This document shows positions 1-10,564 of a stretch of 64,000 nucleotides of DNA, in pieces. The DNA lies in assembly GCA_043739405.1 (NCBI GenBank), contig JAYUEE010000011.1, forward strand, positions 36,708 through 100,707, in the 5' to 3' direction. Position numbers and translations under genes: made by a program. The DNA comes from Mucilaginibacter sp. (GTDB lineage: Bacteria; Bacteroidota; Bacteroidia; Sphingobacteriales; Sphingobacteriaceae). Numbering within the stretch: the stretch's first letter is position 1; the number at the start of each line of letters is the position of its first letter. The notes beneath the pieces are model-generated. The model was not told where the DNA came from and searched no databases. It worked only from the letters and a program-made list of their open reading frames with translations.

Positions 1-2154
1 CGTTCAATACGTGCTGAAGAGTGCTCCGGCCCTTGCCCCTCATAGCCATGCGGCAACAACAACACCAATCCATTACCGCGCTGCCATTTGGTTTCGGCGC
101 TTGCAATGTATTGGTCAACTATAATTTGCGCACCATTCAGGAAGTCGCCAAACTGCGCTTCCCATATTGTCAGTGCATTAGGGTTTGCCAAAGCGTACCC
201 ATACTCAAAACCCAAAACACCATATTCTGAAAGCAGTGAGTTATAGATGCTGAATTTAGCTTCTGTTCCTAATGTTTCCAGTGGTGTAAATTCATCTTCC
301 GAATCAACTAAAGTCAAAACCGCATGACGGTGCGAGAATGTCCCGCGTTTTACGTCCTCACCGCTTAACCTTACCGAATGGCCTTCTTTTAACAACGTTC
401 CATAAGCCAATAATTCGCCCATGGCCCAATCAAATACCTGGGTTTTATTTACCATTTTACTGCGTTCGTCAAACAGTTTTTCAATTTTTTTGAAGAACTC
501 TTTATCCTTTGGCAGGGTGGTTATTTTTTTACCGATCTCGATCAGCTCATCTTTTGAAACCGCGGTATTAACAGGGGCTGTAAGATCTTGTGCACCGGCC
601 AGGTGCAAGCCTTCCCACGCGCCTTCAAACATCTGTAAACTTTCGGTAAACCGGTCCTCTGCTTTTGATTCGTCCAGTTTCTGCTGTAGCAGGTCGCGGA
701 AGTTCTTTTCCATCACCTTAGCCTGGTCAGGATTAATTGTACCCTGTGCCAGCAAATGCTGGTAATATATTTCGCGCGGGTTTGGATGCGCCTCAATGGC
801 TTTGTATAATACCGGTTGCGTAAATTTCGGTTCATCCGACTCGTTATGTCCGTACCTGCGGTAGCATAAAATATCGATAAACACGTCATCATGAAATGTC
901 TGCCTGAATTCCATCGCCAGGTTTACTACATAAACCAATGCCTCTACATCATCACCATTTACATGGAATACCGGCGAAAGCACAGTTTTTGCCACATCAG
1001 TACAATAGGTACTTGATCTGGCATCTTTAAAATTCGTGGTAAAACCTATCTGGTTGTTGATTACAAGGTGGATAGTACCGCCCGTGCGGTATCCTTCCAG
1101 TTTTTCCATCTGTAATACCTCGTAAACAATACCCTGGCCCGCAACAGAGGCGTCGCCATGTATCAGTATCGGGGCTATTTTAGTGTAGTCGCTATCGTAT
1201 TTAAAGTCAATTTTTGAACGTGTTAATCCCTCAACAACCGGGTCAACAGCTTCAAGGTGCGATGGGTTAGGGCAAAGGCTCAGGTGAACGCTCTTACCGT
1301 TCCTGGCGATAACGTCAGTAGAAAAACCAAGGTGATATTTTACATCACCGCCAAAACCTGCTTCTTCATCGTAATTTTTGCCTTCAAATTCCGAGAATAT
1401 CTCTTTGTAGGTTTTCTCCATGATATTGGCCAGCACGTTCAAACGACCGCGGTGAGCCATGCCAATGATAAATTCCTGTATGCCCAGTTCGGCACCTTTC
1501 TGAATTACGGAATCCAGTGCGGGGATAGTGGCCTCGGCACCTTCCAGGGAGAAACGCTTCTGACCCAGGAACTTTGTACCCAGGAAGTTCTCAAAAATCA
1601 CCGCATGGTTCAGCTTATCCAGCATTTTCAGCTTTTCTTCGGTGGTGAACGTAGGCGTATTACGCTTGCTTTCCATGCGGTCCTCGAACCACTTTACCTT
1701 TATCGGGTTGCGGATATACTTGTATTCGGCGCCTATCGACTGGCAATAGGTTTGTTCAAGCATTTCGCGTATATCACGCAATTTCGCCGGGCCCATACCT
1801 ACTTCAACACCGGCATTGAAAACCGTGTCGAGGTCAGCATCGCTTAAACCAAAAGTCTCCAGTTCCTTCCCGGGAAAATATTTGCGGCGTTCGCGCACAG
1901 GGTTTGTTTTGGTAAACAGGTGTCCGCGGTTGCGGTAACCGTTTATCATGTTGAGCACATTTATTTCCTTCAGAAAATGCTCAGAAGTTTCACCGTCACC
2001 TGTTACCGGCCCTTTTGCATCGCGGCCAAAATCAAAGCCCTCGAAGAACTTTTGCCAGCCATAGTCAACCGATTCGGGGTTTTGGGTATATGCGTCGTAT
2101 AATGAGTTAATGTAGGCAGCGTTACCGCTGTCAATATAATTTAGGCTATCCATG
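1..2154 (-). CDS. sucA: 2-oxoglutarate dehydrogenase E1 component (N-terminal ~718 codons; C-terminus runs off the left edge)
   Basis: Not in the ORF track because it runs off the edge. My reverse-strand translation from the ATG at 2154 reads MDSLNYIDSGNAAYINSLYDAYTQNPESVDYGWQKFFEGF. The internal ILCYRRYGHNE (nt ~841-873) is the E1o hallmark. The listed + strand ORFs at 21-2102 are antisense shadows of this gene. Confidence 0.85.
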
Positions 2155-2548
2155 TAGAAACCAATCTGTAAATCGGTACAAAAATAAGCATACCGTTTTA
2201 CAAACTTTGTAATTTATTTATAAAACTTGTGTTAGTAACCGGGATTCCGAAAAAAGTTAATGCGCCTTTTTATGCCTCAGTTGATGGATAAAATCCCGGA
2301 CACGGGAAAACCCCTCGATGAGTATTGCAAGTACTCCGACAATAAGCGTATATTGTTCGAAAGGATTCATGGCTGTTTATAAATATAAGACAACCCAGCG
2401 TAAGAAAGGTTACATTAGAGCAATTATTTTTCTTTACGAAACCGACATTCTTAAAATTAAATTTCAAGAATTTATCTTCGATGGTTTGTAAACAATTTCT
2501 GATAAATTAGGTTCTCAATTCTATTAATTGCTCCATTCAATTTAATTA

Positions 2549-4582
2549 ATGACCAAAGCTCAAACATTATCTACTATCGATTACCGGTTCCTGAAAGGTG
2601 GTGGCGAGATGGGTGAATTGATACGGTCGCTCGATTGGTCCGCTACCTCACTAGGCAGTCCCGATAATTGGCCGCCCGCTTTAAAGCAAACGGTCAGCAT
2701 GATGTTGACCACCAATTTCCCCGTATTGATCTGCTGGGGCGAGGACTATATTCAATTATACAACGATAGCTTCCGGCCCATCAATGGGGTCACCAAACAC
2801 CCGAAAGCAATGGGTGGCAGTGCCAAAGATACTTATGCCGAGATTTGGGAAACTATAGGGCCGATGTTCGCCGAAGTAATGAGTGGAAAACCTATTGGCT
2901 TCCCGGATTTTATGGTGCCGCTTGACCGGAATGGCTATATGGAGGATTGTTATTTCGATTTTTCCTATAGTCCCATATATCTGGAAGACGGCCGGCCAGG
3001 AGGAGTTTTAGTTATTTGTATAGAAACCACTAACAAAGTTAGTTCTATTAAAAAGCTTCATTCGGTAAATGAAGAACTCGCTGCGGCAAATGAAGAACTG
3101 GCAGCAACCAATGAGGAACTCGCAGCAGTAAATGAGGAGTTGGCGACCACCAACGACGAACTCAGCACAGCGCAGGAAACTCTTCGTCGTAACGAACGGC
3201 TTTTTAGGTCCATCGCAATAAATATCCCCGATTCGCTGGCAATAGTTATCGACAAAGAACACCGCTATGTAATGGTCGAAGGCGACCTGATGAACAAAAT
3301 GGGCTATGAGAGAGGCGACTATGAAGGTAAACACCCGACAGAGATAGGACAAACTGAACGCTATGAAGCTTCGAAACATTTGTACGACCGAATGATGGCA
3401 GGCGAAAAGTTCTCGGTGGAGCGCACAGCGCCAACAGGCGAGAGTTTTATCGTGCATTTTGTGCCGCTTAAAAATGAACGTGGCGAAGTGGATTCGGGTC
3501 TTATTATGGCTATCGATATCACTATACATAAACAGGCCGAAGAAAAAAGCGCGAAGCTGGCAGCAATCGTTGAGTCATCGGATGACGCGATCATCAGCAA
3601 AACGCTCGAAAGTGTGATCACAAGTTGGAACGATTCGGCCGAACGCATGTTTGGGTACAGAGCCGATGAGATTATTGGTGCAACGATTTACAAGCTCATA
3701 CCTCCCGATAGGCAGGAGGAGGAACCCAAAATACTTTCTCGTTTAAAAAGCGGCGAACGGGTAGAGCATTTTGAAACAAAACGATTGACGAAAGACGGCA
3801 GGCTGATAGACGTTTCTTTAAGTATTTCGCCGGTGAAAGATAAGCAGGGTAACATTATTGGTTTGGCTAAAATAGTTAGGGACATTACCGAAAAAAAACT
3901 GGATGAGAACAGGAAGAACGATTTTATCGGTATGGCAAGCCATGAACTTAAAACCCCGCTCACGTCACTTAACGCCATTATCCAGGTGGCAAATGCCAAA
4001 TTGAAGAAAATTGATGATGCTTTCCTGGCTGGGGCCATGGACAAAGCAAACATACAGGTAAGAAGAATGACCGGGATGATAAACGGCTTCCTGAACGTCT
4101 CCCGGCTGGAAGCGGGCAAGCTTCTTATTGAAAAAGAAATCTTTGACCTCAATCAATTAATTCAAGAAATATTCGATGAAACGTGCTTGATCACCAATAC
4201 GCATACCGTTACGCTGGTACAATCAGGTACTATAATGGTAAATGCCGACCAGGACAAGATCAACTCCGTTATCTCTAACTTCGTCAGTAATGCAGTCAAA
4301 TATTCTGCAAAGGGAAAAACTATAGAAATTGGTAGCCGGTTACAAGGCAGTGAAGCAATTGTATATGTTAAAGATGACGGCATGGGTATTAAACCTCATG
4401 ACCTCGAACAAATATTTGACCGTTATTACCGGGTTGAAAATGCGGAAACACGACATATTGCAGGTTTTGGCATAGGCTTGTATTTAAGTGCCGAGATCAT
4501 TCAACGGCACGAAGGTAAAATATGGGCCGAGAGCGCAAGCGGAGAAGGTTCAACATTTTACTTTTCATTACCGCTGGCCTAA
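2549..4582 (+). CDS. PAS-domain sensor histidine kinase (cytoplasmic, no TM segment seen)
   Basis: N-terminal PAS-like sensor, then a NEELAAx heptad coiled coil and two PAS/PAC units (SWNDSAERMFGY, VRDITEKK). H-box MASHELKTPL. HATPase boxes NAVKYS, DDGMGI and GFGIGL. Confidence 0.85.
   Translation: MTKAQTLSTIDYRFLKGGGEMGELIRSLDWSATSLGSPDNWPPALKQTVSMMLTTNFPVLICWGEDYIQLYNDSFRPINGVTKHPKAMGGSAKDTYAEIWETIGPMFAEVMSGKPIGFPDFMVPLDRNGYMEDCYFDFSYSPIYLEDGRPGGVLVICIETTNKVSSIKKLHSVNEELAAANEELAATNEELAAVNEELATTNDELSTAQETLRRNERLFRSIAINIPDSLAIVIDKEHRYVMVEGDLMNKMGYERGDYEGKHPTEIGQTERYEASKHLYDRMMAGEKFSVERTAPTGESFIVHFVPLKNERGEVDSGLIMAIDITIHKQAEEKSAKLAAIVESSDDAIISKTLESVITSWNDSAERMFGYRADEIIGATIYKLIPPDRQEEEPKILSRLKSGERVEHFETKRLTKDGRLIDVSLSISPVKDKQGNIIGLAKIVRDITEKKLDENRKNDFIGMASHELKTPLTSLNAIIQVANAKLKKIDDAFLAGAMDKANIQVRRMTGMINGFLNVSRLEAGKLLIEKEIFDLNQLIQEIFDETCLITNTHTVTLVQSGTIMVNADQDKINSVISNFVSNAVKYSAKGKTIEIGSRLQGSEAIVYVKDDGMGIKPHDLEQIFDRYYRVENAETRHIAGFGIGLYLSAEIIQRHEGKIWAESASGEGSTFYFSLPLA
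3068..3172 (+). repeat. In-frame 21-bp tandem repeat x5 encoding NEELAAA/NEELAAT/NEELAAV/NEELATT/NDELSTA
   Basis: Direct reading gives aatgaagaactcgctgcggca / aatgaagaactggcagcaacc / aatgaggaactcgcagcagta / aatgaggagttggcgaccacc / aacgacgaactcagcacagcg. Confidence 0.9.
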
Positions 4583-4616
4583 TAATGATTCAGTAAAACT
4601 AAGGTACAGTTATAGG

Positions 4617-5921
4617 TTAAACTGTATCAGCATCAAAAACTTCCGGCAACCAGGTACTAATAAAATCGCTCTCTGTTTCCAGGTTATCCGCCTGCTTTAC
4701 GCCTGCAAAATACTTGTTATCGCGCGTGTCATTTCCAACGCCGGCCACAAAGGCCCAATTGCCCCTATTACTTGCGGGCGAATAATCTATAAGCTTTTCC
4801 TCAAAATAAGCCGCCCCTTTTGTCCAGTCGGCCCTTAAATGATTTACCAAAAATGCAGCTACTACCTGGCGGTTGGCGTTGCTGATATATCCTGTTGCAT
4901 TCAGTTCATGCATGGCTGCATCAATGTATCGCACACCTGTGTGGCCCTCTTTCCATTTGTCAAAAAGCGCATCTTGCTCAGCAGATAGATCAAGTGTCTC
5001 ATCCTTAAATCCTTCGGCATTAAAGAACTGCTTGCCGTATTTTTTAAACATAAACCGAAAATAATCGCGCCATAGCAGTTCCAATATCAACGGAATACCG
5101 GAGGAGTGCCCGCCGTTTACATGCTTCATTACCTCGTGGTAAACCATGCGCTGTGACAAACAACCCAGGGATATCCACGCCGAAAGTCTTGAAGGGCTCT
5201 CTGAATGTTTTGCATTTTTTTGAGCCGGGTTAAAGTCAAGGGTCGAGATATATTGTTCCAACTGCTTCAAGGCGGCTGTTTCGCCGCCGTGGTATTGAAA
5301 CAACGCACGCTGGTCGTCAACCGGCTCGGTTAGCCCAAGCTCAGGAAGCGTCGGAATATGCCCGGCGCCGTCGATATCAGGAATGCTAATATGCTGAGGC
5401 GTTTCGATACAGTGGCGTACATCACTGTCTCGCTCCACCTTCTTTTTAAAAACGGCAAAGCTATCCGGGATGTCTTTTATCGGGAATGGCAGATCCTCTT
5501 TATGATACAGGGTATGACCTATAAAATGCTTCAGGTTGAGCTTCATTTTCCACAATGCGGACTCTACTAATTCCGATATTTCAGTTTCCTCGAATGCCAC
5601 TTCGCGATGGTGATAAACCTCGCTTACCTGGTAGTGCTGTGCCAGTTGGGGCAATATTTCTGCCGGGTTGCCCATCCGCACGATCAGGTCACCGCCCAGT
5701 TTCTGCAGGTTGTTTCGGAGATCAAATACAGACTCGAGTAAAAATCGCGCGCGGATGTTACCTGTTTTCGCCAGGCCGGCAGAAGTTTGTTTGAAATAAA
5801 AGGGGTCGAAACAATAAACCGGTAATATTTTATCAGCCTTTTTTATAGCCTCAAGCAATATTTCGTTATCATGAACACGCAGATCGTTCCTGAACCAAAC
5901 CAATATTGTTTTTTCGCTCAT
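4617..5921 (-). CDS. Cryptochrome DASH family protein (photolyase/cryptochrome superfamily)
   Basis: 434 aa. N-terminal photolyase fold ILVWFRNDLRVHDNEIL. FAD-binding C-terminal half with WRDYFRF, TGYISNANRQVVAAFL and NRGNWAFVAGVGND. The overall pattern is that of DASH-type members. Confidence 0.85.
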   Translation of the reverse strand: MSEKTILVWFRNDLRVHDNEILLEAIKKADKILPVYCFDPFYFKQTSAGLAKTGNIRARFLLESVFDLRNNLQKLGGDLIVRMGNPAEILPQLAQHYQVSEVYHHREVAFEETEISELVESALWKMKLNLKHFIGHTLYHKEDLPFPIKDIPDSFAVFKKKVERDSDVRHCIETPQHISIPDIDGAGHIPTLPELGLTEPVDDQRALFQYHGGETAALKQLEQYISTLDFNPAQKNAKHSESPSRLSAWISLGCLSQRMVYHEVMKHVNGGHSSGIPLILELLWRDYFRFMFKKYGKQFFNAEGFKDETLDLSAEQDALFDKWKEGHTGVRYIDAAMHELNATGYISNANRQVVAAFLVNHLRADWTKGAAYFEEKLIDYSPASNRGNWAFVAGVGNDTRDNKYFAGVKQADNLETESDFISTWLPEVFDADTV

Positions 5922-6005
5922 AATGCTAATACCCGGCAGCTAATACAATCAATCAACCCCCAAATTTGCAATTATTTAACGTCATCGCATAATCAGCCAA
6001 TATTA

Positions 6006-6032
6006 TTTGACATCAGTACAACATTTGTCAAA
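6006..6032. promoter_or_regulatory. Candidate operator: TTTGACA-N13-TGTCAAA perfect inverted repeat in the cry-DASH/tetR divergent spacer
   Basis: Half-sites at 6006-6012 and 6026-6032, 46 nt upstream of the tetR-like ATG (6078) and ~85 nt from the cry-DASH start (5921). Confidence 0.4.
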
Positions 6033-6077
6033 ACTATAAGGCTTAGTTTTACCGTAAATTATAATAATAAATTCATC

Positions 6078-6740
6078 ATGGCAACTACAGAAAGCATCAA
6101 AAAAGCCTATATCGACTACGTGCTGACAGAAGGCAACCAGCCAAAGTCGGTTTACATCTTCGCCAAAAAGCATAAGATGGCCGAAGCTGAATTTTACAAA
6201 CACTTTGGCTCTTTTGAAGCGCTTGAACAGGATATCTGGTCAGGTTTCGCTCAAACAGCGATCGAAGAAATTAAAAAGCAGGATATTTGGAGTGGTTACT
6301 CGGCACGCGAAAAAGCTTTATCATTCTTCTACAGTTTTTTTGAACTGCTAAAAAGCAACCGAAGTTTTGCCGTTTACAGTATGAAACAACAGCCAAAAAG
6401 CATTACAATGCCGCGGGTTTTTGAAAAGCTGAAGGAAACCGTTGATAATTTCAACAATGAAATATTGACTGCGGGGCTTGAAACCGGGGAATTATCCGAC
6501 AGGAAATTCTTCTCCAACCGTTATAAGGATGCTTTGTGGGCACAGTTTGGTTTTGTACTGCACTTTTGGATAAAAGACAATTCAGCGGATTTTGAAAAAA
6601 CGGATGAAGCCATCGAAAAAGGGGTTAATGTAACGTTCGACCTTTTTGAGCGCTCGCCGATTGATAACCTTTTTGAATACGGTAAGTTTTTAGTTAAAAA
6701 TGGTGGTATAAAACAGCCAATGGGTTTTGGCAGTTTTTAA
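6078..6740 (+). CDS. TetR/AcrR family transcriptional regulator
   Basis: I start the listed ORF 5871-6740 at the internal ATG 6078 (MATTESIKKAYIDYVL...). The longer version would overlap the cry-DASH start. The N-terminal HTH pattern is IKKAYIDYVLTEGNQPKSVYIFAKKHKMAEAEFYKHFGSFEALEQDIW. Confidence 0.75.
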   Translation: MATTESIKKAYIDYVLTEGNQPKSVYIFAKKHKMAEAEFYKHFGSFEALEQDIWSGFAQTAIEEIKKQDIWSGYSAREKALSFFYSFFELLKSNRSFAVYSMKQQPKSITMPRVFEKLKETVDNFNNEILTAGLETGELSDRKFFSNRYKDALWAQFGFVLHFWIKDNSADFEKTDEAIEKGVNVTFDLFERSPIDNLFEYGKFLVKNGGIKQPMGFGSF

Positions 6741-6776
6741 TAGCCCGGCAAGAAATATAAAACGAAAAAAATCTAA

Positions 6777-8099
6777 ATGAGTGAGCAAGCTAAGGAACAA
6801 AACAGCATACCTACCACCAAAGCACAGCGTTCGGCACGGTTTGTAAAAACTGGGATGCAGGTTGGCGGAAATTACATCAAACACTATTCAAAAAAGCTTT
6901 TCAATCCCGACCTGGATAGAACAGAGCTTAACAAGGACAACGCAGCGGATATTTACAACTCGCTAAGCGAATTAAAAGGCAGCGCACTCAAGGTGGCCCA
7001 GATGCTGAGCATGGACAAAAACCTGCTGCCGCAAGCCTACACCGATAAATTTTCGCAATCGCAATACAATGCCCCGCCTCTGTCCGGCCCGCTCATTGTA
7101 CAAACCTTCAAAAAGTATTTTGGTAAATCGCCTGATAAGATTTATGATAAGTTTGACGCCAAATCATCTAATGCAGCTTCTATAGGCCAAGTGCACCAGG
7201 CCGAACTAAATGGCAAAAAACTGGCGGTTAAAATCCAATATCCCGGCGTTGCCGATTCGATATCGTCTGACCTCAAACTGGTGAAACCTTTTGCTTTCCG
7301 TATCATGGGCATCAGCGGCAAAGACCTGGATATTTATATGAACGAAGTAGAGGAACGCCTGCTGGAAGAAACGGATTATGAACTGGAAGTGCGCCGCTCA
7401 ATAGAGTTTTCTACCGCCTGCGCCAATTTGGATAACGTGGTGTTCCCTAATTATTACCCCGAACTTTCAAGCAAAAGAATCATTACGATGGACTGGCTGG
7501 AGGGCAAGCACCTCAAAGAGTTTTTGCAAACTAACCCATCTCAAAAATTACGCAACCAGGTGGGCCAGGCGTTGTGGGACTTTTACAATTTTCAGCAGCA
7601 CGAGTTACGTGCCGTACACGCCGATCCACACCCTGGTAACTTTATGATCACACCCGAAGGGAACCTGGGTGTAATTGATTTTGGCTGCATTAAGGAAATG
7701 CCGGAAGACTTTTATTACCCGTTTTTTTCACTGACAGCCTCAAACCTGCTCGAAAATAAAGAGGAAACTATAAAAGCGTTTCGCTTGCTGGATATGATAC
7801 GTCCAAACGACACACCCCAACAGATAGAGTTTTATTACGGCATGTATAAACAGATGATCGGCTTGTTTGCAAAGCCTTATATTAATGATTATTTTGACTT
7901 TGGTGATGATGCTTTTGTTAACGAGTTGTACAGCTATGGCGAAAAAATATCTAAAATGCCTGAGTTTAAACAGCCTCGCGGTGTGAAGCATTTTATCTAT
8001 GTAAACCGTACCAATTTTGGCTTATATAATATGCTGCACGATTTAAATGCCAAAGTAAAAACCAATACCTATAAACCCCACGTAGTTTTAGCATATTAA
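6777..8099 (+). CDS. ABC1/UbiB (AarF) family atypical protein kinase
   Basis: 440 aa with AASIGQVHQAELNGKKLAVKIQYPGV, HADPHPGNF and IDFG motifs typical of ABC1 kinases. Confidence 0.85.
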   Translation: MSEQAKEQNSIPTTKAQRSARFVKTGMQVGGNYIKHYSKKLFNPDLDRTELNKDNAADIYNSLSELKGSALKVAQMLSMDKNLLPQAYTDKFSQSQYNAPPLSGPLIVQTFKKYFGKSPDKIYDKFDAKSSNAASIGQVHQAELNGKKLAVKIQYPGVADSISSDLKLVKPFAFRIMGISGKDLDIYMNEVEERLLEETDYELEVRRSIEFSTACANLDNVVFPNYYPELSSKRIITMDWLEGKHLKEFLQTNPSQKLRNQVGQALWDFYNFQQHELRAVHADPHPGNFMITPEGNLGVIDFGCIKEMPEDFYYPFFSLTASNLLENKEETIKAFRLLDMIRPNDTPQQIEFYYGMYKQMIGLFAKPYINDYFDFGDDAFVNELYSYGEKISKMPEFKQPRGVKHFIYVNRTNFGLYNMLHDLNAKVKTNTYKPHVVLAY

Positions 8100-8162
8100 T
8101 AGTTTCCTGAATGAAAGGATTTTCGAACTAAAACAGATGGCTTTTTAGCCTGTTCAATCCAT

Positions 8163-9608
8163 ATGAAAGTATTACTCGCTGGCGCAAATGGCTATATCGG
8201 AACAAGGCTGATTCCAATTTTACTGGAAAAGGGCCACGATATTGTATGCCTGGTACGGGATAAAAGACGCTTTCACGAAAACAGTGATTACAGCACTCAC
8301 GTTACGCTGCTAACCGGCGACCTGCTGGATGAAAAAAGTATTGAAACTCTTCCGAAAGATATTGATGCCGCCTATTACCTGGTACATTCGATGGCCGATC
8401 ACGAAGATTTCGCTGAATTAGAAGCGACCTCGGCCGCAAACTTTGTGAAGGTTATTGACCAAACCCATTGCAAACAGATCGTTTACCTAAGCGGTATAAC
8501 TAATGACGACCATCTTTCAAAACACTTGCTCTCGCGCCGCCATGTAGAAGATGTGCTTAAGGAAAGTAAATCCGCATTAACGGTTTTGAGGGCTGCTATT
8601 ATTATCGGCTCGGGCAGTGCCTCATTTGAGATCATCAGGGACCTGACGGAGAAATTACCCATTATGACCGTACCCCGCTGGGTGAACACACGCAGTCAGC
8701 CTATTGCCATACGCGACGTACTGGCTTACCTGGAGGGCGTGTTATTAAACAAAAAAGCATTCGATAAAACTTTTGATATAGGCGGGCCGGATATTTTGAC
8801 GTTTAAAGATATGATGCTCACCTACGCTAAAGTGCGCAAGCTGAACAGGCATATTATTACCATCCCTTTTCTATCGCCTAAAATATCCTCCTACTGGCTC
8901 TATTTTGTTACCTCAACCAGTTATTCATTGGCGCAAAGTCTGGTAGACAGCATGAAAAACGAGACCATCGTTAAAGACGATGCGATAAAAAAAGTAGTGC
9001 CGCACGAATGCATGACTTATCACGAGGCATTGGAATTAGCATTTGTCAGGATCGAACAAAATTCGGTCGCATCAAGCTGGAAAGATGCTTTGAACAAGGG
9101 CTATCTGAAGCCCGGCTTTATGGACCAGTTTAAAGTACCCCAAAACGGCACACTGGAATATAAGGTAAAGGCCCCATTTAAGCGCGACTCCAAAGAAGTA
9201 TTGAATAATCTTTGGGCCATCGGCGGCAAACGGGGCTGGTATTACTGGAACTGGATATGGAACCTGCGCGGTTTTTTAGATAAGGTGGTAGGCGGCGTGG
9301 GTTCGCGGCGTGGCCGTACCAGCAACTTGAGTATCTCACCAGGCGATGCCGTTGACTTCTGGCGGGTACTTTTAGCCGATAAAATGAACAAACGCTTATT
9401 ACTATACGCAGAAATGAAATTACCCGGCGAAGCCTGGCTCGAGTTTAAAATTATAGAACGTCACAACGAAAAATTTTTGAGCCAGGTAGCTACCTTCAGG
9501 CCTACAGGCTTGTGGGGCAGGCTGTATTGGGCCGCAATGTTCCCTTTTCACATTTTTATTTTTAAAGGGATGGCTGAGCAAATCACTCAGTTTAAGGAAG
9601 CAACCTGA
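8163..9608 (+). CDS. Atypical SDR (NAD(P)H-binding Rossmann domain) fused to a DUF2867-like C-terminal domain
   Basis: 481 aa. N-terminus MKVLLAGANGYIGTRL (GxxGxxG). The C-terminal ~190 aa (WYYWNWIWNLRGFLDKVVGGVG, EAWLEF) resemble the DUF2867 fusion seen in this SDR subfamily. Confidence 0.7.
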   Translation: MKVLLAGANGYIGTRLIPILLEKGHDIVCLVRDKRRFHENSDYSTHVTLLTGDLLDEKSIETLPKDIDAAYYLVHSMADHEDFAELEATSAANFVKVIDQTHCKQIVYLSGITNDDHLSKHLLSRRHVEDVLKESKSALTVLRAAIIIGSGSASFEIIRDLTEKLPIMTVPRWVNTRSQPIAIRDVLAYLEGVLLNKKAFDKTFDIGGPDILTFKDMMLTYAKVRKLNRHIITIPFLSPKISSYWLYFVTSTSYSLAQSLVDSMKNETIVKDDAIKKVVPHECMTYHEALELAFVRIEQNSVASSWKDALNKGYLKPGFMDQFKVPQNGTLEYKVKAPFKRDSKEVLNNLWAIGGKRGWYYWNWIWNLRGFLDKVVGGVGSRRGRTSNLSISPGDAVDFWRVLLADKMNKRLLLYAEMKLPGEAWLEFKIIERHNEKFLSQVATFRPTGLWGRLYWAAMFPFHIFIFKGMAEQITQFKEAT

Positions 9609-9659
9609 GAAACATAATTATTTGTCCGCGGTACCACATTTTTTTTACCTTTATCTTCA

Positions 9660-10112
9660 ATGATAAAAGTACGGACATTCAAAATAATAGTTTTCTCGTT
9701 ATCAATTACACTATTTCTAATATCATTAACCCAGCCTGCATATTATATCGATAGAACTGATTATGACGCATGGGCAAATTCATTTTACCTCCTTATTTTC
9801 GGGTGGTCGGGTTTGTTAGCGGGCGGGGCAACAATTGCGTGGCTGGCAAATCCTCTCATCTTTTTATCCTGGATATTCTTTTTTATAAAACCAAAAGTCT
9901 CCTTAATTCTAAGCTTAGTAGCCACATTGCTTTCTGCATCGTTTTTATGTTTCAACACCATTATATCAAGCGAAGAAACTAGTTATTCAACGATAACCGA
10001 GCGTAAGGCAGGTTATTGGCTTTGGTTGATCAGTATCGCCATTTTCTCTATTTCTACTTTAATTATTTATTATTTCGAAAGAAAAGCGGCAAAAACAGAT
10101 GAATTAGGTTAG
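9660..10112 (+). CDS. Hypothetical integral membrane protein (about 4 TM segments)
   Basis: 150-aa ORF with four long hydrophobic stretches. It sits in the same-strand gene run with short spacers. No family recognised. Confidence 0.5.
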   Translation: MIKVRTFKIIVFSLSITLFLISLTQPAYYIDRTDYDAWANSFYLLIFGWSGLLAGGATIAWLANPLIFLSWIFFFIKPKVSLILSLVATLLSASFLCFNTIISSEETSYSTITERKAGYWLWLISIAIFSISTLIIYYFERKAAKTDELG

Positions 10113-10181
10113 AAGTTTATATTTGATTTTGCATTGTATTAGTTTTCTTCTCATCTTTCAATTCAAATTAATTCATATTGC

Positions 10182-10493
10182 ATGTACCTCAACAACACCT
10201 TCGTACACCATGTACATTTCTGGCTCAAAAACAAAGACGATAAGGCCAAACTGATAGAGGGCCTCAAAACACTTATCCCCATAACACACATCCGCGATAT
10301 GCATATCGGCGTACCTGCCGATACCAATCGTGATGTGATAGACCGCTCCTACGACGTGTCTCTGTTACTGCTTTTTAATACTTTGGAGGAAGAAGAAGCC
10401 TATCAGCACGATCCAACCCATGTAATTTTTGCGGAACAATACGCCAAGCCATTATGTGCAAAAGTGGTTGTGCAGGATAATATTAATATTTAA
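10182..10493 (+). CDS. Dabb (stress-responsive alpha/beta-barrel) family protein
   Basis: 103 aa. Start FVHHVHFWLK and the later YQHDPTHVIF fit the Dabb dimeric a/b barrel pattern. Confidence 0.65.
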   Translation: MYLNNTFVHHVHFWLKNKDDKAKLIEGLKTLIPITHIRDMHIGVPADTNRDVIDRSYDVSLLLLFNTLEEEEAYQHDPTHVIFAEQYAKPLCAKVVVQDNINI

Positions 10494-10564
10494 TTCGCTA
10501 AAGGCCACCTTTTTATAGAGATTATCTTTATAAATATTATCTTTAGGCAACTCTTATCACAAAG

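Noticed and set aside
21-2102. Plus-strand ORFs of 60-196 aa listed at 21-230, 421-765, 1257-1847 and 1920-2102.
   Set aside because: They lie antisense to a continuous minus-strand reading frame that carries clear 2-oxoglutarate dehydrogenase E1 motifs. Their translations are low-complexity and have no recognisable motifs.
3008-4383. Several minus-strand ORFs inside the histidine kinase gene, including a Ser-rich one at 3058-3255.
   Set aside because: They are mirror images of the NEELAA repeat and of the kinase coding frame. The kinase frame has complete H, N and G boxes.
5871-6077. A long 289-aa version of the TetR-like ORF starting at 5871.
   Set aside because: It would overlap the cry-DASH start on the opposite strand and add 69 residues with no HTH-upstream homology. 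The ATG at 6078 gives a normal TetR N-terminus.
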